Notes: generated by a model not told the origin, from the letters alone. A stretch of DNA of 64,000 nucleotides from Bacteroidia bacterium (GCA_014376805.1 JACMQU010000117.1:11940-75939); one strand, 5' to 3'. Counted from the stretch's first letter, positions 19,702 through 30,682 are shown. A program made the numbers and translations.

Positions 19702-20901
19702 ATGATTCGAATAATACTATTTCTTGCCCAAAGTCTCATTATTTTTTATTTATTGGTTCCGTTTGTTTCTTATGTTTTAGTAACTATTCAAAGGCTCTTG
19801 GGCATGGGCATAACCAAAGATGTTCCTATTACAAAAAAATACAGTTTCGCAGCAATTGTTTGTGCACACCAACAATATACTTTTATAGAACCGCTTGTTG
19901 ATTCTCTCAAAAAGCAAGTTTATAAAAATGTACATATATATGTGGTGGCTGATAAAATCCGGGAAGACTTAAGTCATTTGAATGGTCCGGGAATAACTAT
20001 CCTGAAACCTACAGAAGATCTGAATGCAAAAACGAAGTCTATATACTTTGCAATTGAAAATTTTGTAGAACCACACGATGCCCTCTCGGTTTTTGATGCA
20101 GATAACCTGGTTCACCCAGAATATTTTAGTTTAATGAACCAGCATTTTAACCGTGGGTTTAAAGTGGTTCAAGGCAGAATTGCTCCTAAAAACCTGAACA
20201 CCGACGCAGCTTGCATGGATGCGGCCAATGAAACATATTATACCTTCATTGATAAATTCAGCAGGCCAAAACTTGGCTTGTCATCAGGTATCTGGGGCTT
20301 AGGGTTTGCTATGGATGTAGAGATTTTCAAAAAAGTTGAATTCGATGTGTATTTGTCGGGCTTTGATAAAAAACTGCAAGCTACAGTAATCACCCTCGTT
20401 GATAAAATATGGTATGAACCACAAGCCATTGTATTTGATGAAAAAACATCCACAGGAGAGGGTTTAATCCAACAAAGATCAAAATGGTTGTATGGGTATT
20501 TCAGATACGCCAGGTTAGGCCTTAATGTGATTGCAAATGGCATTGCTAAATTTAGTTTTGATAAGATTTATTATGGTATCAACCACATGCGTCCCCCGCT
20601 GGTAATTAAATTTCCTGCTGTGGCTATTTTCCTGTTACTGGATTTCATCTTTTACCCGCCATTAGGAATATTTTTACTCTGTTGTGTTGCTGCCTTTTTT
20701 GTATCATTCATACTGATAATACTTACTTATGCTAATGACAAACGTGTTGTACGGGTTTTGCCTAAAATTCCGCAGTTTGTTATGCTGCAGTTATTGGCTA
20801 TCTTAAAGGTTCGTAAGGCTGCTAAACATACTCATACGCAACACACGCATGCTGTTTTTATAGAAGAGGTAATGGCTGAAATTAAACCCTATGAGCAATA
20901 A
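19702..20901 (+). CDS. Glycosyltransferase family 2, membrane-anchored
   Basis: FDADN DxD motif, QQRSKW (QxxRW-like) motif, N- and C-terminal TM helices. Confidence 0.87.
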   Translation: MIRIILFLAQSLIIFYLLVPFVSYVLVTIQRLLGMGITKDVPITKKYSFAAIVCAHQQYTFIEPLVDSLKKQVYKNVHIYVVADKIREDLSHLNGPGITILKPTEDLNAKTKSIYFAIENFVEPHDALSVFDADNLVHPEYFSLMNQHFNRGFKVVQGRIAPKNLNTDAACMDAANETYYTFIDKFSRPKLGLSSGIWGLGFAMDVEIFKKVEFDVYLSGFDKKLQATVITLVDKIWYEPQAIVFDEKTSTGEGLIQQRSKWLYGYFRYARLGLNVIANGIAKFSFDKIYYGINHMRPPLVIKFPAVAIFLLLDFIFYPPLGIFLLCCVAAFFVSFILIILTYANDKRVVRVLPKIPQFVMLQLLAILKVRKAAKHTHTQHTHAVFIEEVMAEIKPYEQ

Positions 20902-21925
20902 AAAAGCACTTTTTTTTAAAGCATGTTCTCTTCTCCCAATGGCCCCTTTAATGGCTCTCAATAAGCACTCAGGCTTGTTTATTCCTATCTATCACGCCAT
21001 AACCAATGAAAGGTTGATTCATCTGGAACATATACTTCCTTATGGTTCAAAAAACAGTAAGCAGTTTGAAAATGATCTTGATCTGTTGCTTAAAAATTTA
21101 AACCCGGTTAGTTACGCTGATTTATATGCCTGTATCCGCGATGGCAAGCCTGTTCCACCGAAAAGTTTTATTATTACTTTTGATGATGGTCTTAGACAAA
21201 CGTATGAAAATGCAACTGATCTTATGGTGAAAAAGGGAGTGCCGGCTATCTTTTTTTTAAACACCGGTGTGTTGGATAATAAGGCATTATTACATAGGTA
21301 TAAGGCGAGTATTTTACTTGAATTTATCAAACAACAAAATAACCATAACCTTGAGCATAAAGTTGAAGCTATCTTAAAGTTAAATGGAATTATGATGCCC
21401 GGATATGCTGCTGGAATAAAAGCCATCAATTACAAAAATAAACAGGTTTTTGATATCCTGGCAAATGAAATAAATTATTCATTTGATGATTACCTGAAAA
21501 AGCATAAACCTTATATGAGTAGTGAGCAGGTGAAGGATCTGAAAAAAAAGGGCTTTATTTTAGGAAGCCATAGCACCTGGCACCCAGAATACTGGAATAT
21601 CGATATCAATGAACAGGTAAATCAAACCCAATCGGCTATGCAGTATTTGAAGGAACATTTTAATGAAACAAACCGCACTTTTTCTTTTCCGTTTACAGAT
21701 ATAAAAACCCCTGTGAGTTTCTTTGATGCATTAAAAAAGGAAGCTCCTTTTGAATTGCTTTTTGGATCACAAAAACTAAAAAAAGATATAATCCCAAATA
21801 TGATTCATCGATTTGACGGGGATAATAATTTGAGTGATATGGAAACTTATTTAAAAACCTTATTGGTATTTCAATCACTTAATAAAATGCGCGGTCAAAC
21901 TATAGTAAACCGGTCAGCTAATTAA
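20891..21925 (+). CDS. Polysaccharide deacetylase (CE4/NodB)
   Basis: ITFDDG, GSHSTWH, FSFPF. Overlaps the GT2 stop, suggesting an operon. Confidence 0.87.
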   Translation: MSNKKALFFKACSLLPMAPLMALNKHSGLFIPIYHAITNERLIHLEHILPYGSKNSKQFENDLDLLLKNLNPVSYADLYACIRDGKPVPPKSFIITFDDGLRQTYENATDLMVKKGVPAIFFLNTGVLDNKALLHRYKASILLEFIKQQNNHNLEHKVEAILKLNGIMMPGYAAGIKAINYKNKQVFDILANEINYSFDDYLKKHKPYMSSEQVKDLKKKGFILGSHSTWHPEYWNIDINEQVNQTQSAMQYLKEHFNETNRTFSFPFTDIKTPVSFFDALKKEAPFELLFGSQKLKKDIIPNMIHRFDGDNNLSDMETYLKTLLVFQSLNKMRGQTIVNRSAN

Positions 21926-21941
21926 AAAAAAACAATCGTAT

Positions 21942-23018
21942 TTAAGCAGCTACACCAATATTTTTTAGGTGTAATAAGTGTGAACGCAAAGCACTAATCA
22001 CAGTAGGGAATTCATTGTAAGCCACACCAAAATCTTTACAGGTTTGCATAAGGATTTTATTTACTTGTGGATAATGCACATGGCTTATTCTTGGAAATAA
22101 ATGATGTTCTACCTGAAAGTTAAGCCCACCCAATAACCAGCTTACAGATTTACTGCCAGTGGCAAAATTGAAAGTTGTGTTTAACTGATGAATGGCCCAT
22201 TCTGTATCTATTTTTGTGCTTTCTCCTTTAGTATCAATAAAAGGGGCATCTTCCACTACATGTGCAAGTTGAAAAACTACAGCAATTACTAAACCGCAAA
22301 CAAAAACGGTAAGGGCATATCCGATAAGTGTATTAACTACACCGGCGAAGATAAAAGGGACAATTAAAAACAATCCAACATAGCCAATTTTTGTACCCCA
22401 GAAAATTAAATGTTCGGCGATGCTCATTTTACGCAACGGCGTATGCTCAGAAATTTTACCACCAAAATACTTGGTGAAATCATTCATAAACACCCAGAAC
22501 AAATAAGTCATTCCATATAGTAACATGCCATACACATGCTGAAAACGATGAAACCAGTGTTTGGGTTGGCTGGCATGAACACGAATCCATGGTTTAATAT
22601 CTATATCATCATCCATACCTTCAATATTGGTATATGAGTGATGATTGATATTATGTTTTTGTTTCCACATATAACTGCTTCCACCCATAATATTTAAGGA
22701 GTAGCTCATAATTTCATTAACCCATTTTTTGCTTGAATAACTGCCGTGTGCGCCATCATGCATTACATTAAAGCCAATGGCTGCCATGTCAAATCCCATA
22801 ATAGCACAAATCCCTAAGCTGATCCATCCCGATTCCGGAGTAAAAAAAACCAATACTGTATAACATACTGCCAGGATGGTAAGTAAAATACCTGTTTTGA
22901 GGAACAACCTGAAATTTCCAGTGGACTTTATGTTTTTTATAATGAAATAATCATCAACACGCTGACGTAATGTATTAAAAAACTGTGCATTGCTATTATC
23001 AAATTTTATTTTGGCCAT
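21942..23018 (-). CDS. Membrane fatty acyl-CoA desaturase
   Basis: Three His boxes: HDGAH, HNINHH, QVEHH. Confidence 0.92.
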   Translation of the reverse strand: MAKIKFDNSNAQFFNTLRQRVDDYFIIKNIKSTGNFRLFLKTGILLTILAVCYTVLVFFTPESGWISLGICAIMGFDMAAIGFNVMHDGAHGSYSSKKWVNEIMSYSLNIMGGSSYMWKQKHNINHHSYTNIEGMDDDIDIKPWIRVHASQPKHWFHRFQHVYGMLLYGMTYLFWVFMNDFTKYFGGKISEHTPLRKMSIAEHLIFWGTKIGYVGLFLIVPFIFAGVVNTLIGYALTVFVCGLVIAVVFQLAHVVEDAPFIDTKGESTKIDTEWAIHQLNTTFNFATGSKSVSWLLGGLNFQVEHHLFPRISHVHYPQVNKILMQTCKDFGVAYNEFPTVISALRSHLLHLKNIGVAA

Positions 23019-23149
23019 ATTTACATATTAAGGATGGCAAGATACTTAAAAACTTACAGCCATTTTAATGACTTTAAACATTTTTCCCCACATCTTGTAA
23101 TAAGCCGGTAAATTTAATCATATTTGTGGTCTTGCAAACCTTTCCCACA

Positions 23150-23440
23150 ATGCGTCGAGATAATGAATTAAGTATGAAAGAAATGATCAATAAGTTTGTT
23201 GATCAGAACAAATTGAAGCCTAAATTACTGGAGGCACAATTAATAGAATTATGGCCTAAAATTGTTGGGGATCTTATTTCAAAAAATACAGACAAAATTC
23301 AGGTTTATAAAGGGCAGCTTATCTTATATATAAATTCTCCGGCTATGCGCAATGAATTACAATACCAGCGTAAAATACTTGCCGATTTGGTAAATAAGGA
23401 ATTGAATTGTGATTTTATAAATGATGTTTTGATCAGGTAA
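23150..23440 (+). CDS. DUF721 / DciA family protein
   Basis: MRRDNELSM...WPKIVG..I...L.L.I.SPAMRNEL. ATG at 23150 is preferred over GTG at 23126. Confidence 0.82.
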   Translation: MRRDNELSMKEMINKFVDQNKLKPKLLEAQLIELWPKIVGDLISKNTDKIQVYKGQLILYINSPAMRNELQYQRKILADLVNKELNCDFINDVLIR

Positions 23441-23448
23441 GATATAGA

Positions 23449-24204
23449 TTAAAAAGGTTTCAGTTTCCCCCTTTTTAATTTTATTTTTAAATTGTCAATT
23501 GTGTCGAATCCTGAAATATGAATTCGCTTAATTTCATACAGATCTTTAACTGGTAATTTTTGAACGCTATTGCCAACTCTGAATGCAGCTTTTAAACCAA
23601 TGTTTTTAAATATGGTTTTCATCTCATTTAATTGCTTTTTGCTGCCTGGTCTGCTTCCATAAGGATAGGCAAAATATGGCAGGAATGGTAACTTAAATTT
23701 ATTACATAACGAGATGTTTTTTAAAATTTCATTTTCCATATCCTTAGAAGAAAGTTTTGAAAACGGAGAGTGAGTTGTGCTGTGTAATCCAATTTCCATC
23801 ACTTCGGGGTCAAGGTTGCGTAAGTCTGAGCAATCTGCGTACTGATGTTCTTCGTCGCCAGTTTGTTCATCACTTTTTTCCTTTAATTTATCGCCTATAA
23901 TGTACACTGAACCTTTAAATCCGTATTTGCGTAACAGCGGGTAAGCATATTTAATCTGGCTAAGGTAACCATCATCGAAAGTAAAGTAAATCGCTCTTTC
24001 CAGTTTCGGAATTTCTCCCGTAACAATTTTACCTAACTGAGAAAGGGATACCGGCTGATAACCCTCTCCTTTGAGGAATGATAAATAACTTTCGAATAGT
24101 TCTGGCGGAGTATTCATCACACTTGGATCTTTAGGTAAGATTTGATGAAAAAGCAAGATTGGAATTCCCTTTTGTGGAGGTATTAAAAAATGCAAATAAG
24201 ACAT
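23449..24204 (-). CDS. Polysaccharide deacetylase
   Basis: IPILLFHQI, TFDDGY, HSTTH, FAYPYG. Confidence 0.88.
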   Translation of the reverse strand: MSYLHFLIPPQKGIPILLFHQILPKDPSVMNTPPELFESYLSFLKGEGYQPVSLSQLGKIVTGEIPKLERAIYFTFDDGYLSQIKYAYPLLRKYGFKGSVYIIGDKLKEKSDEQTGDEEHQYADCSDLRNLDPEVMEIGLHSTTHSPFSKLSSKDMENEILKNISLCNKFKLPFLPYFAYPYGSRPGSKKQLNEMKTIFKNIGLKAAFRVGNSVQKLPVKDLYEIKRIHISGFDTIDNLKIKLKRGKLKPF

Positions 24205-24326
24205 GCTTCAAAGAACGTTAAAATATGGCGAAAATCTACTTTAAAGCAGATTATATTTTTTATTTTAATTTCTGTTCCTACCTGATTTTTTTATTAGTTT
24301 CGTTGCTTACTTATAATAATAAAAAA

Positions 24327-26009
24327 ATGAGGTTAATAGAATGTGTGCCTAATTTTAGTGAAGGTAATGATATGCAGATTATTAAGCAAATTACGGATGT
24401 TATAGAAAGTGTTCAGGGCGTGATGTTACTGGATGTAGATGCAGGTAAAGGCACTAACCGAACTGTTGTTACCTTTGTAGGCGGGCCGGAAGCCGTTATT
24501 GAAGCAGCTTTTCTTGCTATCAGTAAAGCCGCTGAACTCATTGATATGCGTAAACATAAAGGGGAGCATTCCCGTATGGGGGCTACCGATGTTTGTCCAT
24601 TGATTCCTATAAGCGGGATTAGTATGGAAGAGACTGTTTTATTTGCGCAAAAACTAGGAAAAAGAGTAGGAGAAACTTTAGCTATTCCTGTTTATTTATA
24701 CGAGTATGCACAACCTGATCAGGAAAGGAATAATCTTTCTGTGATTCGGGCGGGTGAGTATGAGGGTTTTTTTGATAAAATAAAATTACCGGATTGGAGG
24801 CCAGATTATGGGACTGCCGTTTTTAATGTAAAAGCCGGTGGAACTGTTATAGGAGCACGTGATTTTTTAATTGCCTATAATATTAACCTCAATTCAAAAT
24901 CAGTGCGACTAGCAAATTCAATTGCTTTTGATGTAAGAGAAGCAGGAAGGGTTAAAAGAGAAGGAAATCCTGTTACAGGTAAAGTGGTAAAGGATAGTGA
25001 AGGGAATGATGTCAGGGTTCCAGGAACTTTGAAATCATGTAAAGCGATTGGCTGGTATATTGAAGAGTATGGTATTGCACAGATAAGCATGAACCTCACA
25101 AATTATAAAGTTACTTCTGTGCATAATGCTTTTGAAGAAGTGTGTAAAAGTGCTGACAGCCGTGGCATACGAATAACTGGCAGCGAACTGGTTGGTCTGA
25201 TACCCTTACAAGCTATGATAGATGCGGGAAAATATTTCTTACAAAAACAAAAAAGATCAACAGGTGTAAGTGAACAAGAGTTGATACAAATGGCTATTAC
25301 ATCATTGGGGCTGGATCAGTTAAGTAAATTTGATCCGGAACAGAAAATAATAGAATATAAATTACGCAACACCACAAAAGAACGTTTAATAAAGATGGAT
25401 CTGCTTGCTTTTGCTAATGAAACTGCAAGTGAAAGTCCGGCACCGGGCGGGGGCTCTATTAGCGCATACGTGGGAAGTTTAGGTGTGGCCTTAGGAACGA
25501 TGGTAGCTAATCTGAGTGCGGGTAAAAAAGGCTGGGAAGATCAGCTTGCTTTTTTTAGTGATATGGCTGCTTCGGGCCAGCTTATAAAAGATGCTTTGTT
25601 GAAAGCCGTTGATGAAGATACCGCCGCATTCACTGAAATAATGATGGCCTTTGCTCTTTCTAAAAACAATGAACAAGAAAAAGCAAACAGGATAGCGGCT
25701 ATTGAAATTGCTACCAAATATGCCTGCGAAATTCCGCTAAAAGTGATGCGAATTGCTAACAGCAGTTTGCCGTTATTACGCGCTATGATAGAAAAAGGAA
25801 ATCAAAATTCTGTTACCGATGCCGGGGTGGGTGTTTTATGCGTGAAAGCCGCAGTGAAAGGTGCTTATTTTAATGTAATGGTTAATGCTAAAGGATTAAA
25901 AGATAAAGTGTTTGCCGATAAAATAATTGCCGATTCTAAAATATTACTTGCCCACAATGAACAAGAGGCAGATGCTTTGATTGAAGTGATTGAAAAGGCT
26001 GTGGCTTAA
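24327..26009 (+). CDS. ftcD: Bifunctional glutamate formimidoyltransferase / formiminotetrahydrofolate cyclodeaminase
   Basis: LIECVPNFSEG, HKGEHSRMGATDVCP, GARDFLIAYN, SPAPGGGS cyclodeaminase domain. The true start is likely 24327. Confidence 0.93.
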   Translation: MRLIECVPNFSEGNDMQIIKQITDVIESVQGVMLLDVDAGKGTNRTVVTFVGGPEAVIEAAFLAISKAAELIDMRKHKGEHSRMGATDVCPLIPISGISMEETVLFAQKLGKRVGETLAIPVYLYEYAQPDQERNNLSVIRAGEYEGFFDKIKLPDWRPDYGTAVFNVKAGGTVIGARDFLIAYNINLNSKSVRLANSIAFDVREAGRVKREGNPVTGKVVKDSEGNDVRVPGTLKSCKAIGWYIEEYGIAQISMNLTNYKVTSVHNAFEEVCKSADSRGIRITGSELVGLIPLQAMIDAGKYFLQKQKRSTGVSEQELIQMAITSLGLDQLSKFDPEQKIIEYKLRNTTKERLIKMDLLAFANETASESPAPGGGSISAYVGSLGVALGTMVANLSAGKKGWEDQLAFFSDMAASGQLIKDALLKAVDEDTAAFTEIMMAFALSKNNEQEKANRIAAIEIATKYACEIPLKVMRIANSSLPLLRAMIEKGNQNSVTDAGVGVLCVKAAVKGAYFNVMVNAKGLKDKVFADKIIADSKILLAHNEQEADALIEVIEKAVA

Positions 26010-26434
26010 TTGCCAATTACCTGAATTAAACTACTGGATTATTATAAGAATTTTAACCTTCGGGTATATTTTGTTTTTATGGTTTAAATAATGAAGAAGT
26101 AAATTTTAACTTATAAAAAAATCTATGGTAGTTGATAAAATCGATTCAAAGATTATATCGTTTTATTGAAAAAAAACTACTGATACTTTTAAGGTTTAAT
26201 TATTTTTACCAGCGAACCTTATCTATAGAGATCACGGTTAAAACAAGCTACTATTTCCTCCTGCAATCCGGTTGAAAATTAAATCCTATTTATAGGATTT
26301 AGTTGCAATCAGTTATTAGGGTATTCATTTTATTCGTGTTTAATTTGAGCCGTTCAATTTACAAAAATAATAAAGCTGAATGTAATGAAATTTGGTTAGA
26401 TATTTAAAAAAATTGTCAGTTAAAAATTAATGCA

Positions 26435-26860
26435 ATGGAGCAAAAATTTTCAAAAAAAATTATACATTTGATGTTTTCAACCGATAAAGGAGAGGCCCTC
26501 ATCTTAGAAGATAAGGAAAGTATTATATATGATTACTTATCGATGCAATTAAAGGAACAGCATTGCACTCCTAAAGCAATCAATGGCATGCCGGATCATA
26601 TTCATTTGTTATTTGAATTGAATCAACCAAAACCCATTCATGAAATTGTAAGTAAGGTGAAAGAAAACAGCAGATACTGGATAAATAAACAAGGATTATT
26701 GTGTGAGAATTTTACCTGGCAAAAAGGCTCTGGCGTTTTCAATATTCATGAACGTGATGCAAAAAGTCTGAGTACCTATATTCTTAACCAGAAAGGGATT
26801 CATCAAACCATTAGTTTTAAGGAAGAATATATGTCATATCTTAAATTAAATTTATTGTAA
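26435..26860 (+). mobile_element. tnpA: IS200/IS605-family Y1 HUH transposase-like protein (solitary, divergent)
   Basis: IHLMFS, AINGMPDHIHLL (HUH), FTWQKG, YILNQ (catalytic Tyr), SFKEEY. No tnpB nearby. Confidence 0.8.
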
Positions 26861-28020
26861 TTTTACGGTTTATTTATAAAGCCGGATGTTATATAATATA
26901 AAAGTTTTTTCTGATTGGTTTATTGGATCAAAATTGCGTTTTGTTATGCACAAAAGACCTTAAATACAATTTGTAAACAGGTAAATTTTATACCTTTAGC
27001 AGGTATGTGGTAGCTAATTGTACGTAACTGATTGCTATTCGCTTTCCTGTATTTTTTTTTAAAATTCTTCTGTTTAAAATTTTAAATTGAATTGCAGTTG
27101 CAATAGGGCTTCCGGTGCAACTGCAATATGGTAACTTTTAATTAATGGCAGTACAATTATGTTCCAATTTATTTTATTTGGGTAACTTTTTTAAAGCCTT
27201 AGTTTTGGCTTAACAGGCTAAAACGGAGCTTTAAAATGAATTAACAACCCATACGGATTTTAGCATAACTCCGGAGGGCATTTTTTTCGGGTATCCATAG
27301 GTATTATAATTTATGATTTTTAACCCGTGTAAAAATCTATCGTGAAATTGTGGTTCTTTATTATTTATATCCATACCTATATCTTGGTAAAAATCATATT
27401 TTGTTGTGTCAAAGGTGTGGAAATTCAGATTTTTAATCAATACCTATTTATAGGTATTTTTGAGTCTGAATAAAATTGCCTGCATGTTCCTGTTATATCC
27501 TTTAAACTAACAACAATTTAAATGTATGGGTAAGGTTCCTTTTTAAACGCAAGTATTCTGGTAGGTTTGTGCTTTCTTATAAATAATGTAACAGTACCAT
27601 GTAACTGCTGTTACTTTATAAGAACTGTGGTAGAATTTGAATTTAGTTTCACGTACATTTAATTCAAACTGGCTGTTTGTTTAAATGATTTCCATAGGTA
27701 TGTCTAAGTCATCCTGATTGTAGTCGCTCATAAAGTTGGGTTTAACCACTATCCTCCAATGTGAGCGAGTACAAGTGCAAAGAAAATACCTACGGAGAGG
27801 GTGTTTTTAATAAGTAAAAAGCACCAAATAATACCTAAAAATTTTCTGTCTGTTACCCACGCGTAAATGGTAAATAAGTAAATTATTTAAAGTTGTAGTA
27901 GCCTAATCTATCAGGCAATTCCATTAGCTATATTGCACGTAACAATTTATTTGGGATGACATGATTTTGAATGATAATAAAATGCAATTTTTATAGGGGG
28001 ATTTTTTGGTTTGTGCACCA

Positions 28021-29451
28021 CTAATTTTTTACTTCAGCAATTTTATTGATCATCCCTTTAAAAATAAAACCATGAAATGGAAATACCGAATACCAGTATA
28101 ATCTGCCTAATAAGCCCAATGGTCTGAATGTTGCGGTTTGCGTTAGAATATTATTTTTGTCAATTTTAAATTCCAGCCATGCTTCGCCCGGCAGTTTCAT
28201 TTCTGCATATAACAATAATCGTTTCTCTTCTTTATCTGCAAAAAGAACACGCCAAAAATCAAGGGCGTCACCCGATACTATTTCTGTCTCACTTTTTCTT
28301 CCTCTTCTCATTCCTACTCCACCGGAAAGCTGATCTAAAAAGCCTCTTATTTTCCAAAGCCAGTTGCCGTAATACCAACCGGTTTTACCACCAATAGACC
28401 AAATTTTTTCAAGCGAGGTGTGACCTGTTTTAAGCTGAAGTACACGAATATCTTTATAGCATCCGTTAACCGGTACTTCAATAAGTTTAGAAAAACCTTT
28501 GCTGAATATTTGACTTGTTTGCGCATCTTTCCAGCTTGAGAGCACTTGGTTTTGTTCAATTTTATCAAAGGCAAGTTTTATGGAGGTGTTATAATCCAAT
28601 AATTTTATACCCAGCAACGAAGTTAAATTGTTGGGTTTGCAGGTCACTTCAATTTTCATGCTATTTACTAAATTCTTTGCAAGCGCAAAAGATGTGGCCG
28701 TTACAAAATATAACCAGTAGGAAGAAATTTTTGGTGTCATTATCGGTACGATAATTATATGCCTTTTCAACCCACGTATTTTTGCAAAACGTAAAAGCAT
28801 CTCCTTATAACTTAAAATGTCGGGACCACCAATGTCATAACTTTTATTATAAGTTTCTACATTACCAATAACACCACTTAAAAATTCTACAACGTTGCGA
28901 ATAGCAATAGGCTGACATTTTGTTTTTATCCAGCGCGGAGCAATCATGATAGGTAATTTCTCCACTAAATCGCGAATGATTTCAAAAGAGGCACTTCCTG
29001 AACCTACTATGATACCGGCTTTTAAAGTTGTAAGTGCGAACCTGGCTTCTGATAAAATTGATTCCACATTTTTTCTGGAAGATAAATGCTTGGATAACTC
29101 AGCAGCATTGCTAATTCCACTTAAATAAATAACCTGTTTAGTATTAGTTTGTTCAATTCGTTCTTTAAAATTTAAAGCACATATTTCCTCCATGTTTTCA
29201 AAGTCACCTGTTTGTGTAGACATGGAATGGATAAGGTAATAAGCTAAATCAATATCCTCCGGAATAAGCTCTAAACTTTTTTTGTTCAAAAAATCGGACT
29301 CTATTACACAGAGATTTGGAGACATAAACTTTTTCTTGTTAAATCTGTTTTTGTCTCTTACGCAACAAATCACTTCATGACCATTTTGCAATAAAACAGG
29401 CAATAACCTTTGTGCTATATATCCGGTTACTCCGGTAAGAAGAATTTTCAT
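28021..29451 (-). CDS. NAD(P)-binding SDR-like oxidoreductase with DUF2867 (YbjT-like)
   Basis: LTGVTGYIA, IIVGSGSASFE, GDALDFWRV, AEMKLPGEAWLEF. Confidence 0.9.
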   Translation of the reverse strand: MKILLTGVTGYIAQRLLPVLLQNGHEVICCVRDKNRFNKKKFMSPNLCVIESDFLNKKSLELIPEDIDLAYYLIHSMSTQTGDFENMEEICALNFKERIEQTNTKQVIYLSGISNAAELSKHLSSRKNVESILSEARFALTTLKAGIIVGSGSASFEIIRDLVEKLPIMIAPRWIKTKCQPIAIRNVVEFLSGVIGNVETYNKSYDIGGPDILSYKEMLLRFAKIRGLKRHIIIVPIMTPKISSYWLYFVTATSFALAKNLVNSMKIEVTCKPNNLTSLLGIKLLDYNTSIKLAFDKIEQNQVLSSWKDAQTSQIFSKGFSKLIEVPVNGCYKDIRVLQLKTGHTSLEKIWSIGGKTGWYYGNWLWKIRGFLDQLSGGVGMRRGRKSETEIVSGDALDFWRVLFADKEEKRLLLYAEMKLPGEAWLEFKIDKNNILTQTATFRPLGLLGRLYWYSVFPFHGFIFKGMINKIAEVKN

Positions 29452-29613
29452 AAACTAATAGAAATTATTTTCCGATTTGTAATGACAATTTAAATTTATT
29501 GATTTTTTTATCAAAAACATCCTTTTTTAAAAATGTTTTTTCTTGAAGAATTTTTTCATATTACAAGTAAGTTTTCTATTAGTTTATTTAATTAATTGTG
29601 TGGCATAAAATAT

Positions 29614-30312
29614 CTATGTGTTTAAAGAAGACATGCCACCATCAATATGCATTATCTGCCCGGTAATCCAATTTGCTTTATCCGAAAGTAGAAATGCGGA
29701 CATATCAGCGATATCGTTTGGGGTACCAATTCTTTTTAAAGGATTGTGTTGTTTATTTGCTTCCAGTTTTTGATCAGTATTAATAAGAGAAGCTGCAAGT
29801 GGCGTATTGGTTAAGGAAGGTGCTATACAATTAACTCTTATTTTGGGAGCTAATTCAGCAGCCAGTGCTTTTGTCAGTCCTTCAATTGCCCCTTTAGAAG
29901 CAGAGACTTGTGAATGAAAAGGAAAGCCTATTTGAACGGCTACGGTAGAAAATAAAAGAATGGATGAATTTTCAGCATTTTTTAATTTTGGCAACACAGC
30001 TTGTATAATTTTAATTGCTCCTATCACCTGAATGTTGAAATCAATTAAAAATTCTGAAGGTGGAATTCTGCTAAAAGGTTTAAGATTGATAGTGCCAGGA
30101 CAATACACCACTGCATTTATCGTATCCGGCAAATAGTCTAAATTTAAACTTTCGTCTAACACATTCAAATAATGGTACTCAATTAAACTATTATTTGAAA
30201 TTAATTTATTTTTATTATATGTTCCATACACCTGATGACCGGATTCACATAATTGTTCAGCAAGTTTTTTCCCAATTCCCGAGGATGCGCCAATGATTAA
30301 ATAGTTTGCCAT
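29614..30312 (-). CDS. Short-chain dehydrogenase/reductase
   Basis: GASSGIG, ASKGAIEGLTKALAAE, RVNCIAPS, ITGQ..DGG. Confidence 0.9.
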   Translation of the reverse strand: MANYLIIGASSGIGKKLAEQLCESGHQVYGTYNKNKLISNNSLIEYHYLNVLDESLNLDYLPDTINAVVYCPGTINLKPFSRIPPSEFLIDFNIQVIGAIKIIQAVLPKLKNAENSSILLFSTVAVQIGFPFHSQVSASKGAIEGLTKALAAELAPKIRVNCIAPSLTNTPLAASLINTDQKLEANKQHNPLKRIGTPNDIADMSAFLLSDKANWITGQIMHIDGGMSSLNT

Positions 30313-30682
30313 AATTGTAATACTATAATTTTATAGACTTATAACAAACGGATTGGTATTTTGTTGCGTTTTTATATAAACTTGATGATAAACAATAAGA
30401 ATCAACATTATAGTAAAAGCCTTAGAAGAGCTTTTAACTGTATAAATCCTGACAGTGATTAATTAACCTGTTTCTTCCTAAATCACATTTTTACCCGGTA
30501 AGATATAATATGTGAACTAGGGTTAACTTAATTTACTTTAATCAACAGCGTAGGCATAAAGTTTAATCGATAGATTTAGATTTTGTGAACAAAGCAATTT
30601 CGTCCATATAAAACTTGTGAGTATTACAATTTGTTTGCCTGATAACTTAATCCATTAAATTTATAAGTTTCCCGGGTTAAAA

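Noticed and set aside
27231-27440. 69-aa minus-strand ORF downstream of tnpA (possible tnpB remnant)
   Set aside because: TTG start, no RuvC or zinc-finger pattern, wrong strand. A lone CQRCG on the plus strand is bounded by stops.
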